Positions 62,851-64,000 of a stretch of 64,000 nucleotides of DNA are shown here, one piece after another (the first letter of the stretch is position 1; each line of letters opens with the position of its first letter). The DNA is from Chiloscyllium plagiosum (Eukaryota): the NCBI RefSeq assembly GCF_004010195.1, contig NC_057757.1:9061657-9125656 (forward strand), written 5' to 3'. A program made the position numbers and the translations under genes. The notes under the pieces were generated by a model, which was not told where the DNA came from, did no database searches, and was given only the letters and a program-made list of their open reading frames with translations.

Positions 62851-64000
62851 ATCATCTCAGGGCTCTATTTCAGAATCAAATGTTACCTATTTTCAGTTGT
62901 CATTGACACTCTGGGTCTGCCATCCTCTCATATCACAGGTGCTTGTAAGCTCTCAGAACAGCATTAATCCTCTCTTAATGGTACAGTAAACGCTTTCACC
63001 TTCTTACCATTAATACCCTGATGTCAATATAGATAAGTGGAGCCAATCCGGATTTCACATGCCCTGTGGTTTGTCAATAATACATTCACTCTGTCACGTG
63101 TGTGTCAGGGCTGTTGTTGCTCCATTGACAGCATGTCATTATTTGACTCCATCCTTGGGAATATAGAAGTATTTCACTTGCTCACACTCGTGTGTGTGGC
63201 AGGACTTCAGTTGTTTCATGGGGACTGTGTTGCCGTGACAATCTCAATGTTTGTAGATGGCACCAAATTTGGAAGAATTTTAAAGTCTATGGAGGACAGT
63301 GTGACACTCCAACAGGACAAGAACAAGTTGATGTAGTGTTCAGGTGTATGGAAGTTGGGGATCAATGCAGAGTATTGTATGATAATGTACTTTGGTAGGA
63401 TAGACCATGAAAGAGACTTTAAAACAGGCTGTATCACGAAAAGAGGGTGCAGGAGCAGAGGGTCCTGGGTATATATGAGCAGAGATTATGGAAGATGTCA
63501 AGACAAGTAAATATTACAGATTAGTTTTAGTATCTAACCTGTTCACAGGAGGAGGTATAGGAGGGAGCCGATGTGCTCCCTTCCTGGGATGTGGAGGTGA
63601 TGATGTGTTGTGAGCCCACCCTTCTGCCCACCAAGACCGTGGGATTCCATGTGTACCAGCTCGACACAAAAGGGATGTGGCATCATGGCCACGGGTTCTA
63701 AGTTGTGCCGGGGGAAACAGAACTTCCAGTGGTATTAATGTGAGAATTGCTCTTCACTGAACATTGCTTCTTACTCGGTTGGTGAAACGTAGATGTTTCA
63801 GAATCTCCACACGAGGCGTCCTGGCCCTCTCTGGCTCGAACCAGGTTTCACCCCACATGGCAGGAGGAGTGGGGTGAAGTAACTGATATTGGGCATTCAA
63901 AACACAGCCTGGCTCTTTCTGTCCTATTCCAGGCAGTTTCTCCTGGATTGGGAGGGAGAGTGGGAGTGAGAGATCCTGCTGTTAGTACTGGTGTAGTTGG

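Overview
Repeat-dense vertebrate DNA, almost certainly from a shark (inferred from abundant HE1/V-SINE-type SINEs with (TAATC)n tails and CR1 LINEs). It has four N-gaps. The only host genes I can support are a cluster of two-exon, GPR139/GPR142-like class A GPCRs: an intact gene on the minus strand (exons 3084-3018 and 1831-933, about 321 aa), an intact gene on the plus strand (exons 29914-29983 and 37624-38534, about 326 aa), and a frameshifted exon-2 pseudogene (41663-42542). The rest is nested mobile DNA: CR1, Rex1, RTE and L1/Tx1 LINE fragments, a decayed Gmr1-type Gypsy element (SCAN-like gag, integrase upstream of RT, tRNA-Pro PBS), and many Penelope-like termini carrying minimal hammerhead ribozymes, including a 459-bp palindromic insert with two intact ribozyme cores and a 13-bp TSD. 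Two viral fossils are not obvious from the ORF track: a gamma/epsilon-like retroviral pol remnant (about 20960-24830, minus) and a class I fusion-glycoprotein-like env remnant with a furin site (about 3800-4560 plus 7935-8280, minus). Family assignments come from motif recognition by eye, and repeat boundaries are approximate.
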